A stretch of DNA of 32,000 bases from Thermodesulfobacterium commune DSM 2178. GTDB taxonomy: Bacteria; Desulfobacterota; Thermodesulfobacteria; Thermodesulfobacteriales; Thermodesulfobacteriaceae. The stretch spans positions 960,001 through 992,000 of the forward strand of contig NZ_CP008796.1 of NCBI RefSeq assembly GCF_000734015.1. Reading direction: 5' to 3'. Position numbers and translations under genes: made by a program. This document shows, piece by piece, positions 10,001 through 17,118 of the stretch (positions are counted from its first letter, which is position 1; each line of letters starts with the position of its first letter). Under the pieces are notes generated by a model that was not told where the DNA came from, ran no database searches, and saw only the letters and a program-made list of their open reading frames with translations.

Positions 10001-12291
10001 CCACTTATTTGAAACAGTTTTTTAAGCTTTATGAAGAGATAGATTATGATCTCATTTCAGGGATACCGCCTACGGTAGCGTTAGAACAGCGGTCAGGAGA
10101 ACTTTCTCCCAAATCTACGGTAGGGACTATTACCGAGATCCTTCCTTATCTTAGGCTTCTTTATTCTAAGGTTAGCAAGGCCTACTGTCCTAAATGTGAA
10201 AGGGAGCTAAAACCTCATGAACCAAAGGAGTTGTTTGACTTAGCTTTAGAGTTTTTAAAAAAAGAAAAAGCTTCAAACATTACCCTTCTTGCTCCTTTGG
10301 TAAAACACAGAAAAGGAATCTACAAAAATCTGTTTGATAAACTGCTTGCCAACCTATATCATAAGGTCAGAATAAACGGAGAATTCTACCACATTCCTCC
10401 TATCCCTGCTCTTTCAAGGTTTAAAGAATATACGATTGAGGTGGTGTTAGCTCAAGAAATAGATTGGCAAGAAGAGTGGTTTGAAAAGATTTTTTACAAA
10501 GGGCTTGAACTTGGAAAAGGAGAGGTTTTGATAAAAACCGATAAAAGGGAAGTACTTTTTAGTCAAAAAAGAACCTGCTCTTTATGTGGAATAAGTCTTC
10601 CTGAACCAGACCCGTTGCTTTTTGCCTTTAATTCAAAGGTAGGAGCTTGTCCTAATTGTGGAGGACTTGGTAGACTTGAAGAAAAACCATGCCCTGATTG
10701 TAACGGTTCAAGATATCGTAAAGAGGTTTTTTCTTATAAAATTAACGGAATTTCTTTGCCTGAATTGTCTAACTTAAGTCTCTACGAAGTAAAAAAATTT
10801 TTAGAGGGACTTAAGTTTGAAGGTATACAACAAAAAATAGCCGAAGAACTAATTTCTGAAACTCTCTCAAGACTTAATTATTTAATAGACTTAGGTGTAG
10901 GATATCTTACCTTAGGTAGGTCTGCAGACACCCTATCTTCAGGAGAAGCCAAAAGGGTAAGAATTTCAGCAGAAATAGGTAGCAATCTCACAGGGGTAGC
11001 CTATATCCTCGATGAACCTACCATCGGGCTTCATCCTAAGGATACACAAAAATTAATAGAGGTGTTAAAAAAACTCAGGGATAAAGGAAATACCTTGATA
11101 GTAGTTGAACATGACGAAGATACGATTTTGGCAAGCGACTTTATAGTAGACTTGGGACCAGGAGGAGGAAAAAGAGGAGGACAGGTACTTTTTAGCGGAC
11201 CTTCTAAAGAATTTTTAAGATCTTCCTCACCTACAGCTGAAGTAATTAAAGATCCAAACAGAAAAACCCTAAAAAGTTTTAAGCGCAATCCTAAGGAATT
11301 CTTAGTACTTAAAGAGGCTTCTCTAAGAAACCTTAAAAATATCAACGTTTCTTTTCCCTTAAACGCTCTTACGGTAGTAGTAGGAGTTTCAGGCTCAGGG
11401 AAGTCTACTTTATTAGAGGAATGCCTTTACGAAAATCTAAAAAGACTTTTAGAGGGAGAAAAAAACGTTATTTACGGTTTAAAAAACATAGAAAACTGGG
11501 AAAAAATCAAAAGGGTATATTTAGTAGACCACCAACCTATAGGAAACACCCCAAAATCTACCCCTGCTACCTATGTAGGAGTTTTTACCGACATCAGAAA
11601 GGCCTTTGCCAACACTTTATTGGCTAAACAACGAGGTTACAAAGAAGGCAGATTTTCCTTTAATACCAAAGAAGGGCAGTGTCCTTATTGCAATGGACAG
11701 GGATATGAAAAGATAGAGATTAAATTTTTACCTGCAGTTTATCAAAAATGTGAATACTGTGGAGGTAAACGATATAATCCAGAAACCTTAGAAATTTTGT
11801 TAAAAAATAAAAACATCGCAGAGGTCCTTGAGATGGACTTTGCTGAAGCTGTAGAATTTTTCAGCAACTACCCCTCGATCCAACATAAGCTTAAAATCCT
11901 TTGCGATATTGGCCTTGACTATCTAACCTTAGGACAGCCAAGTCCAACCTTGTCTGGAGGAGAAGCTCAGAGGATAAAGCTTGCCAAAGAGTTTATCAAG
12001 TCTTCTCAACCTGGGAACCTTTATCTTCTTGATGAGCCTACCACAGGACTTCACATAAAAGACGTAGAAAAATTAGCAGAACTCTTACAAGGTTTAATCC
12101 AGAAAGGGCATACAGTAATCGTGATAGAACATAACCTTGAACTTATCAAATGGGCAGACTGGGTGGTAGAACTTGGACCTGAAGGAGGAGAAAAAGGAGG
12201 AGAAATCCTTTTTCAAGGTCCGATAGAAGATTTCTTAAAAGCTTCTACCCCTACCTCTAAAATCCTTAAAAAATATCTTAAGTTGACCTAA
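7042..12291 (+). CDS. Tandem (double-length) UvrA-like excinuclease ABC subunit A: two complete UvrA modules in one 1,749-aa polypeptide
   Basis: Uninterrupted ORF from GTG 7042. There are four Walker A sites: GVSGAGKS at 7144-7167 and GVSGSGKS at 8875-8898, 9919-9942 and 11383-11406. There are four signature motifs: LSGGETSR, LSGGEAQR, LSSGEAKR, LSGGEAQR. There are four Walker B sites of the DEPT-x-GLH type. UvrA-type CxxC zinc modules occur in both halves, and both halves start with the UvrA N-terminus (...NLK..-L.LP...L...TGVSG.GKS.L.FD..FAEGQRR..ET). Module 1 is about aa 1-920 and module 2 about aa 930-1749. Confidence 0.9.
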   Translation: MRNQDRFIEILEVTQNNLKGFSLKLPFYHLIAVTGVSGAGKSSLVFDTLFAEGQRRYIETFSSYVRQFFEKLPRPKVKAILNIPPALAFPQGNSIKTSRSTVATLTEISHFTKMLYYYNGVPFCPNCKKYLLPQTPQSIAKEIIEKFYQVPLYLIVPQKPQESFEHLKEGLLAAGFSRVFLDGKVCEIDEIEKVPEEIELVIHRLKPTEKDLFDLISSLELGFKLSPWIKVRTIYGEEAYYTQEKNCPQCGLKIPEKTPNLFSFNSSLGACPECKGFGNLLVLDFEALVKHPEKPATKGAIPILDFPFLFEVKLDLIEFLRTKNINLNLPFKDLPEEIKQKIFWGEGDWYGLKELIDWLESKRYKPHIRILLSKLRREVSCPVCKGTRFNPQALMFYVNGLNIGDFYSLEIKEAVKFIQNFLEQKPQPAEERLAKEILKRLSYLEEVGLSYLTLNRASKTLSGGETSRCLLTRALSSNLVETLYLIDEPTTGLHPRDTQKVLKLLERLVSQKNTVVVVEHDPEIITQADLLIDLGPEGGEKGGHLLFFGPPKNIFNTNTPTAEALTEISQKRTYSLTHFQPSGFIRFYGAKKNNLKGFSFSLPLKAITCIVGVSGSGKSTLLEDIIYQGLVDAKNKHPLKTCEKIEGVNRIDQVLYLTQEPLARSPRSVVATYLDIMVYLRKLLASTNTAKSLGYTETWFSFNSEHAQCPACKGLGFEIIEMQFLSDLTIPCEVCKGTRFREEILEVRWRGKNIAEMLDLTVEQALEFFSGHTPLKKTLTLLKNLGIGYLKLGQPLSTLSGGEAQRLKIAELLSKIKGEKCLILLDEPTVGLHLKDIEKLISSLNYLKSLGHTVVIVEHHPEVILNSDWILELGPGGGEEGGELLFQGPFSEFIKNPEVQTQTSVYLTEYLDGLNLKDKAEAPKNYRYDEDLIKLRGIRHHNLKNIDLNLPRKQLIVITGVSGSGKSTLAFDVVFAEGQRRFLETLPTYLKQFFKLYEEIDYDLISGIPPTVALEQRSGELSPKSTVGTITEILPYLRLLYSKVSKAYCPKCERELKPHEPKELFDLALEFLKKEKASNITLLAPLVKHRKGIYKNLFDKLLANLYHKVRINGEFYHIPPIPALSRFKEYTIEVVLAQEIDWQEEWFEKIFYKGLELGKGEVLIKTDKREVLFSQKRTCSLCGISLPEPDPLLFAFNSKVGACPNCGGLGRLEEKPCPDCNGSRYRKEVFSYKINGISLPELSNLSLYEVKKFLEGLKFEGIQQKIAEELISETLSRLNYLIDLGVGYLTLGRSADTLSSGEAKRVRISAEIGSNLTGVAYILDEPTIGLHPKDTQKLIEVLKKLRDKGNTLIVVEHDEDTILASDFIVDLGPGGGKRGGQVLFSGPSKEFLRSSSPTAEVIKDPNRKTLKSFKRNPKEFLVLKEASLRNLKNINVSFPLNALTVVVGVSGSGKSTLLEECLYENLKRLLEGEKNVIYGLKNIENWEKIKRVYLVDHQPIGNTPKSTPATYVGVFTDIRKAFANTLLAKQRGYKEGRFSFNTKEGQCPYCNGQGYEKIEIKFLPAVYQKCEYCGGKRYNPETLEILLKNKNIAEVLEMDFAEAVEFFSNYPSIQHKLKILCDIGLDYLTLGQPSPTLSGGEAQRIKLAKEFIKSSQPGNLYLLDEPTTGLHIKDVEKLAELLQGLIQKGHTVIVIEHNLELIKWADWVVELGPEGGEKGGEILFQGPIEDFLKASTPTSKILKKYLKLT

Positions 12292-12317
12292 ATCAAGGTT
12301 TTTTTTATTTAGGTCAG
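12285..12317 (+). terminator. Candidate hairpin terminator overlapping the uvrA-like stop codon
   Basis: TGACCTAAAT (12285-12294) pairs perfectly with ATTTAGGTCA (12308-12317). The 13-nt loop is U-rich and a T-rich tract follows. The stem is AT-rich, so stability in a thermophile is doubtful. Confidence 0.3.
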
Positions 12318-12366
12318 TTTATATTTTAACTAAACTTATAAAAAATAAAAAGGAGGGCATATATCG

Positions 12367-13032
12367 ATGAAAGCCTCTAAGATTATAGAAATAGACGAGG
12401 AACTCTGCAATGGATGTGGTCAGTGTGTAATTGCCTGCCACGAAGGGGCGATAGCTATCGTCAATGGCAAGGCTAAGCTTGTAGCAGAAGAGGTATGTGA
12501 CGGGCTTGGGGCTTGCATAGGTGAATGTCCTACCGGTGCTATAAAACTTATAGAAAAACCTCAAACTTCCTCTTTCTTACCTTGTGGATGTCCCTCTCAT
12601 CAAATTAAAGAGTTTATTCCTAAAAACCAACCTACTGGTGCAACCGAAATACCTTCTTCCCTTTCTCATTGGCCGGTTAAACTTAGATTAGTCCCGCCTT
12701 CTGCTAAATTTTTAAAGGGAGCTAATCTATTGATTTGTGCAGACTGTGTAGCCGTAGCTTATCCCCACCTTCATACCCATCTTCTTCCTGGCAAGAAAAT
12801 CCTAACGGGATGTCCTAAGTTTGACCCACCTGAGTTATACTGGGAAAATTTATCTGAGATTTTACATCAAGCCCAACCGAATGGTTTAGAAATAGCCATC
12901 ATGGAAGTGCCTTGTTGCAAAAATTTGGTTAAACTGCTCTTAGACGTAAGAAAAACTTTAAGCCAAAAACTTCCCTTTAAGGTCTACACCATTAGTATAG
13001 ACGGAAGGCTTAAAGATATAGAGGAGGTTTAA
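12367..13032 (+). CDS. Uncharacterised Fe-S protein: N-terminal 2x[4Fe-4S]-ferredoxin-like domain plus Cys-rich C-terminal domain
   Basis: The first motif is C14-x2-C17-x2-C20-x3-C24. The second is atypical, C44-x5-C50-x3-C54-P. Further cysteines follow: C73-x-C75, C124-x2-C127, C149 (GCPKFD) and C183-C184 (MEVPCC). SD AAGGAGGG lies upstream of ATG 12367. Confidence 0.7.
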   Translation: MKASKIIEIDEELCNGCGQCVIACHEGAIAIVNGKAKLVAEEVCDGLGACIGECPTGAIKLIEKPQTSSFLPCGCPSHQIKEFIPKNQPTGATEIPSSLSHWPVKLRLVPPSAKFLKGANLLICADCVAVAYPHLHTHLLPGKKILTGCPKFDPPELYWENLSEILHQAQPNGLEIAIMEVPCCKNLVKLLLDVRKTLSQKLPFKVYTISIDGRLKDIEEV

Positions 13033-13035
13033 AGG

Positions 13036-13701
13036 ATGAAACAAGATATGGTTATGCCCTATGGAATTTCATCTGTAGCTTACGAGATTATTACCTGCTT
13101 TGGTCCAAAAGGATGTCCTAACGCTATAAACCGTCCTCTCGAGCTTATAAAAACCCTTGAAAATGTACTTAAAAACTCTCAACTGGATGATTTTATAAAA
13201 AACAAACTAAAAGGGCAACCTTTAAAACCCCATCACCGGTTTAAAGTCTCCATTTCAGACTGTCCGAACGGGTGTTCCCAGCTTTATATCGCTGACTTTG
13301 GAATCCATAGTTTTGTTAAAATAAAACACGATGATAGTTTGTGCACTCTATGTGACAATTGTGTAATTTCTTGTGAGGAAGGGGCGATTAAAAAAGTCGA
13401 TCAAAAAATTGTAATAGACAATAAAAAATGTATAGGATGTGGTGGATGTATAAAAGCTTGTCCTGAAGGAGCTATAAAAGAAACCTATAGAGGTTATAAA
13501 ATCTACGTCGGAGGGAAACTGGGGAGACATCCAAGACTGGCTTCCTTTTTAACCAAGGCTTCACCTGAAGAAGTTCCGGTTTACTTGAAAAACTTGATAG
13601 AGTTTTACCAAAACCACAACGAAAAAGGAGAAAGGGTGGGGGCTATGATAGAAAAGATGGGATGGCAAAAGGTAAAAAAACTTTTAAACCAAAAATCCTA
13701 A
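13036..13701 (+). CDS. Small sulfite/nitrite-reductase-like siroheme-[4Fe-4S] protein with inserted 2x[4Fe-4S] ferredoxin domain (low-molecular-weight SiR / Dsr-like protein type)
   Basis: C21-x5-C27 ... C76-x3-C80 (HHRFKVSISDCPNGCSQLYIADFG) reproduces the Cys-X5-Cys-Xn-Cys-X3-Cys signature of sulfite/nitrite reductase hemoproteins. The ferredoxin insert is C103-x2-C106-x2-C109-x3-C113 and C132-x2-C135-x2-C138-x3-C142-P, followed by GGKLGR. SD GAGGAGG lies 8 nt upstream, and the start is 3 nt after the upstream stop. Confidence 0.6.
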   Translation: MKQDMVMPYGISSVAYEIITCFGPKGCPNAINRPLELIKTLENVLKNSQLDDFIKNKLKGQPLKPHHRFKVSISDCPNGCSQLYIADFGIHSFVKIKHDDSLCTLCDNCVISCEEGAIKKVDQKIVIDNKKCIGCGGCIKACPEGAIKETYRGYKIYVGGKLGRHPRLASFLTKASPEEVPVYLKNLIEFYQNHNEKGERVGAMIEKMGWQKVKKLLNQKS

Positions 13702-13711
13702 ACCTAATTTT

Positions 13712-14425
13712 TTATAAACCAACTGCCTTTTTTAAAAGTTTAACTTCTTCTTCAGAAAGAGGAACTATTTCTGATGGTTTGAGTTCTCCTAATTCAACAG
13801 GACCTATCGCTATCCTTTTTAAACCTACAACCTTATAGCCTAAGCTTCCAAACATTCTTTTTATCAAATGATATCTCCCTTCCCTAACCTCTATCTTTAT
13901 CCACCTTTTAGTCTCATCTAAAAAAGAAGCTGTACACGGTAAGGTCTTGCCGTCAGAAAGCTCAACCCCTTGTTCTATCTTTTTCAGGTCTAATTCAGTT
14001 ATTTCTTTATCCAGCCAAACCTGATAGGTCTTAACAAGCTTCCATTTAGGATGCATCATCCTATGGGCAAGAACACCATCATCAGTAAAGATTAGCAGTC
14101 CTTCCGCATCCTTATCAAGTCTTCCCACAGGAAAAATCCTGTTTAATCCTGGCAGATCCTTAGGAAGAAAATCCATTACCGTAAGGTCCTTGTCTGACTT
14201 AGAGGTAACACACCCTCTGGGTTTATAGAATTTATAATAAAAACCTTCTACCTTACCCCTAACTTCTTTTCCGTCGATCTGAACCACATCCTTTTCAAGG
14301 TTAACCTTTACCCCTGGGTCTGTTACCTTTATACCGTTAATCGTAACCCTACCCCTTTTGATTAAAAGAGCTACCTCTTTTCTTGAACCAATCCCAAGTT
14401 TAGAAAGAAATTTATCTAAGCGCAT
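13712..14425 (-). CDS. Pseudouridine synthase, RsuA/RluB family (S4 domain + catalytic domain)
   Basis: S4 RNA-binding N-terminus ([34 protein letters not shown]). The catalytic motif is [17 protein letters not shown]. It lies 8 nt downstream of polA on the same strand. Confidence 0.88.
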   Translation of the reverse strand: [237 protein letters not shown]

Positions 14426-14433
14426 CCTTTCAC

Positions 14434-17031
14434 CTATTTACATTCAGCCCAAGACTTACCAAAGGCAAAATTAACCTTAATAGGTACTTTCAGAACATAA
14501 TCAAGGCCTAAAAAACTGAAAGGAGCTTCCATCACCGAAGGAGCTATATCCTTTATCACCTCTACTTCTTCTTCTGGCACCTCAAGAAGAAGTTCGTCGT
14601 GAATTTGTAAAAGAAGACGGGACTTTAGCTTTTTCTGTTTAATTTGCCTATAAAGGGCTACCATAGCTACCTTGATAAGGTCTGCGGCAGAGCCTTGTAT
14701 CGGGGTATTTACTGCCATGCGAAACCCTAAGTCTCTTACAGTTTTATCAGAACTAAATACTTCAGGAATATAACGTTTTCTCCCGGCTAAGGTCTTAACA
14801 TACCCATGGTTTTTAACAAATTCTATCGTTTCTTCTATGTATTTTTTAACACCAGGATACCGCTGGAAATACCTTGTTATGATCTCTTCTGCCTCTTTTA
14901 CCGAAATTCTAAGCTCTTTACTTAAGCCGTAAGGACTCATCCCATAGGCAATCCCAAAGTTTATAGCCTTGCTAACCCTTCTCATTTCAGGGGTTACTTT
15001 ATCAGGAGTTACCCCAAATACCTCACAGGCTGTAAAGGTATGGATGTCCTGCCCTTCATTAAAGGCCTTTATAAGATTTTCGTCTTCAGAAAAATGAGCT
15101 AAAATCCTGAGTTCTATTTGTGAGTAGTCTAAACTACAAAGCCACCAGCCTTCTTCTGCTATAAATACTCTGCGAATTTCTAAACCTTCCTCTCCTTTTA
15201 TGGGAATGTTTTGCAGGTTTGGGTTTTGCGAACTAATCCTACCTGTGGCTGTTCCTGTTTGGTTAAACTCTGTGTGAATACGAGAAGTAAGGGGTCTGAC
15301 ATACCTTAAAAAAGGCTCAAGGTAGGTGCTCAATATTTTCTGAGTAGTACGATATTGCAAAAGAAGCCTGGCAAAGGGATGTAAAGGAGCTAGTTCTTCA
15401 AGCACCTCTGCGTCGGTAGAAGGAGCCGAACTTTTAGGAGTCCTTTTTATAGAAGGGAGATTCAGTTTATTAAAGAGGATTTCACCTACCTCTCTTGAAG
15501 AACGAGGATTAAATCTTTTTCCCGCAATCTTAAAAAGTTCTTCTTCGAGTTCTTTTATTTTCTCTCGATATTGTTGTACTAAAGTTTTTACATAAACCAA
15601 ATCAATCTTTATCCCAACTTCTTCCATCTCGTTTAAAACCATACTTAAAGGTGCCTCTACCTTAAACAACCAAGAAGAAAGCCCCTCTTCTTCTAACCTT
15701 GCTAAAAGCTCTTTACCTAACCTTCTTAAACTGACTACCTTTATCCTTGATAATTCTTCAGAAACCCTGTTTATTCCGTTAAGATTTAGGTCTAAGTATT
15801 CCTGAAATAAAAAGTTTAAATCATAAGCCTTTAATCCGGGATTTAAAAGATAAGCTGCTAACTTTACGTCTAAGGGATGAGAAAATGAAATCTTGTAGTT
15901 TTTAAGCCAGTTTTTGTAGTCATAAACCACATAAATACCTTGTTCCTCAGCCAATCTTTTACACTCTTCTAAAGTCAACCTATAGACCTCTTCTTCAGAA
16001 AAAGAAATCAAAAAATCCGAAGGCTGCAAATTACCAAAAAGGCCTTTATTTAGATTTTCAGGCAAAACAGCTATTACCGAGTCTTTTTTTACCGTATTAA
16101 ATAAATCTGGATGGGCTTTTCTTATCTTTGGTGGTTTTGGTAAAGTTTCTTGGGGTAAAGAAAGCTCTGAAAGAAGTTTTCTAAACTCAAGTTCTTTAAA
16201 AAGGGCTTTAAGTGTAGGATAGTCAGGGTCTTTTCTTCGATAGAATTCAAGGTCCTCTGAAGGGAGAGGGGCTTCCAGATTGAGCTTAATAAGATCAAGG
16301 TTTTTAAACACCTGTTCTTGATATTTTCTCAAATTTTCTCTTATTTTTTTAGAAGAAATTAAAGAAAGATTGTCATAAATCCCTGTCAAGGTCTTAAATT
16401 TTATGAGCAACTCTTTAGCGGTTTTTTCTCCTATCCCTGGGACTCCGGGTATGTTATCGCTTTTATCACCTACCAAAGCTCTAAATTCAGGGAAAAGCTC
16501 TGGGGAAAATCCATATTTTTGAATAAAACCTTCTTTATCTAAAAAAACTTCTCTTACCGGGTCATAAATCCTTACTCTATCAGAAACAAGAGCATATAAG
16601 TCTTTATCCCCAGCCACTATGATAGCCTTATGAGAAGTTTCTGTTGATGGAGACAAGATAAATCTTTTGACAAAACTTGCTATCAAGTCGTCCGCTTCAT
16701 ATCCAGGAGCTGAAACCAAAGGAATCCCTAAAGCAGAAATGATTTTTTTTATGTAAGGTATTTGGATCTTTAGATCGTCTGGCATTTGAGGCCTGGTAGC
16801 CTTATATCCTTCGTAAGCCTTATGTCTAAATGTAGGCTCTTTTTCATCCATAAACCAGACTATATACTCAGGGTCCCATTCTTTTAAAATTTTAAGTACC
16901 ATCTGAGTGACACCGAAAACAGCTTTGGTAGGTAGCCCTTTAGAAGTAGCTAAATATCCAGGAATAGCAAAATAAGCTCTATAGATAAAAGAGGCCCCAT
17001 CTATAAGAATTATTTCTTTTTTGTCTACCAT
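14434..17031 (-). CDS. polA: DNA polymerase I (5'-nuclease + vestigial 3'-5' exonuclease + polymerase domains)
   Basis: The 5'-nuclease region reads GDKSDNIPGVPGIGEKTA. Pol motif A is SLDYSQIELRILAH, motif B is RRVSKAINFGIAYG and motif C is QIHDELLLE. SD AGGAGGTG lies upstream of ATG 17031. Confidence 0.95.
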   Translation of the reverse strand: MVDKKEIILIDGASFIYRAYFAIPGYLATSKGLPTKAVFGVTQMVLKILKEWDPEYIVWFMDEKEPTFRHKAYEGYKATRPQMPDDLKIQIPYIKKIISALGIPLVSAPGYEADDLIASFVKRFILSPSTETSHKAIIVAGDKDLYALVSDRVRIYDPVREVFLDKEGFIQKYGFSPELFPEFRALVGDKSDNIPGVPGIGEKTAKELLIKFKTLTGIYDNLSLISSKKIRENLRKYQEQVFKNLDLIKLNLEAPLPSEDLEFYRRKDPDYPTLKALFKELEFRKLLSELSLPQETLPKPPKIRKAHPDLFNTVKKDSVIAVLPENLNKGLFGNLQPSDFLISFSEEEVYRLTLEECKRLAEEQGIYVVYDYKNWLKNYKISFSHPLDVKLAAYLLNPGLKAYDLNFLFQEYLDLNLNGINRVSEELSRIKVVSLRRLGKELLARLEEEGLSSWLFKVEAPLSMVLNEMEEVGIKIDLVYVKTLVQQYREKIKELEEELFKIAGKRFNPRSSREVGEILFNKLNLPSIKRTPKSSAPSTDAEVLEELAPLHPFARLLLQYRTTQKILSTYLEPFLRYVRPLTSRIHTEFNQTGTATGRISSQNPNLQNIPIKGEEGLEIRRVFIAEEGWWLCSLDYSQIELRILAHFSEDENLIKAFNEGQDIHTFTACEVFGVTPDKVTPEMRRVSKAINFGIAYGMSPYGLSKELRISVKEAEEIITRYFQRYPGVKKYIEETIEFVKNHGYVKTLAGRKRYIPEVFSSDKTVRDLGFRMAVNTPIQGSAADLIKVAMVALYRQIKQKKLKSRLLLQIHDELLLEVPEEEVEVIKDIAPSVMEAPFSFLGLDYVLKVPIKVNFAFGKSWAECK

Positions 17032-17118
17032 GTAGCCTTCACCTCCTAGTTAGGTACCTTAAAATTTAATCTATTTTATCAAAAATAAAACTTAAAAAAC
17101 AGAACGCACTTCTTTAGT

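Noticed and set aside
7512-11627. ORFs nested in the uvrA-like gene (7512-7730, 7785-8015, 9057-9527, 11031-11345 on minus; 11421-11627 on plus, a K/R-rich peptide)
   Set aside because: These are alternative-frame or antisense readings of a strongly supported coding region. The K/R-rich one simply reflects A-rich codons read out of frame. There is no SD or independent signal.
7042-12291. Possibility that the double UvrA is an assembly duplication or two adjacent genes merged by a sequencing error
   Set aside because: The two halves are clearly diverged at protein and DNA level and differ in domain content (the insertion domain is present only in the first). A collapsed or duplicated assembly is therefore unlikely. 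The frame is continuous through a linker of about 35 aa with no stop. A single-base error at the junction cannot be excluded without reads, so this is listed as a check in the finding.
12319-13530. Minus-strand ORFs 12319-12564 and 13348-13530 opposite the Fe-S genes
   Set aside because: They are antisense to ORFs with clear Cys-motif architecture and strong SDs, and their translations are Y/F/T-rich with no motifs.
13678-13741. 11-bp inverted repeat AAACTTTTAAA / TTTAAAAGTTT spanning the convergent SiR-like / rsuA-like gene ends, considered as a bidirectional terminator
   Set aside because: The stem is almost all A-T (one G-C pair) with a 42-nt loop, so it would be unstable, especially at high temperature. 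Such matches are expected by chance in AT-rich sequence.
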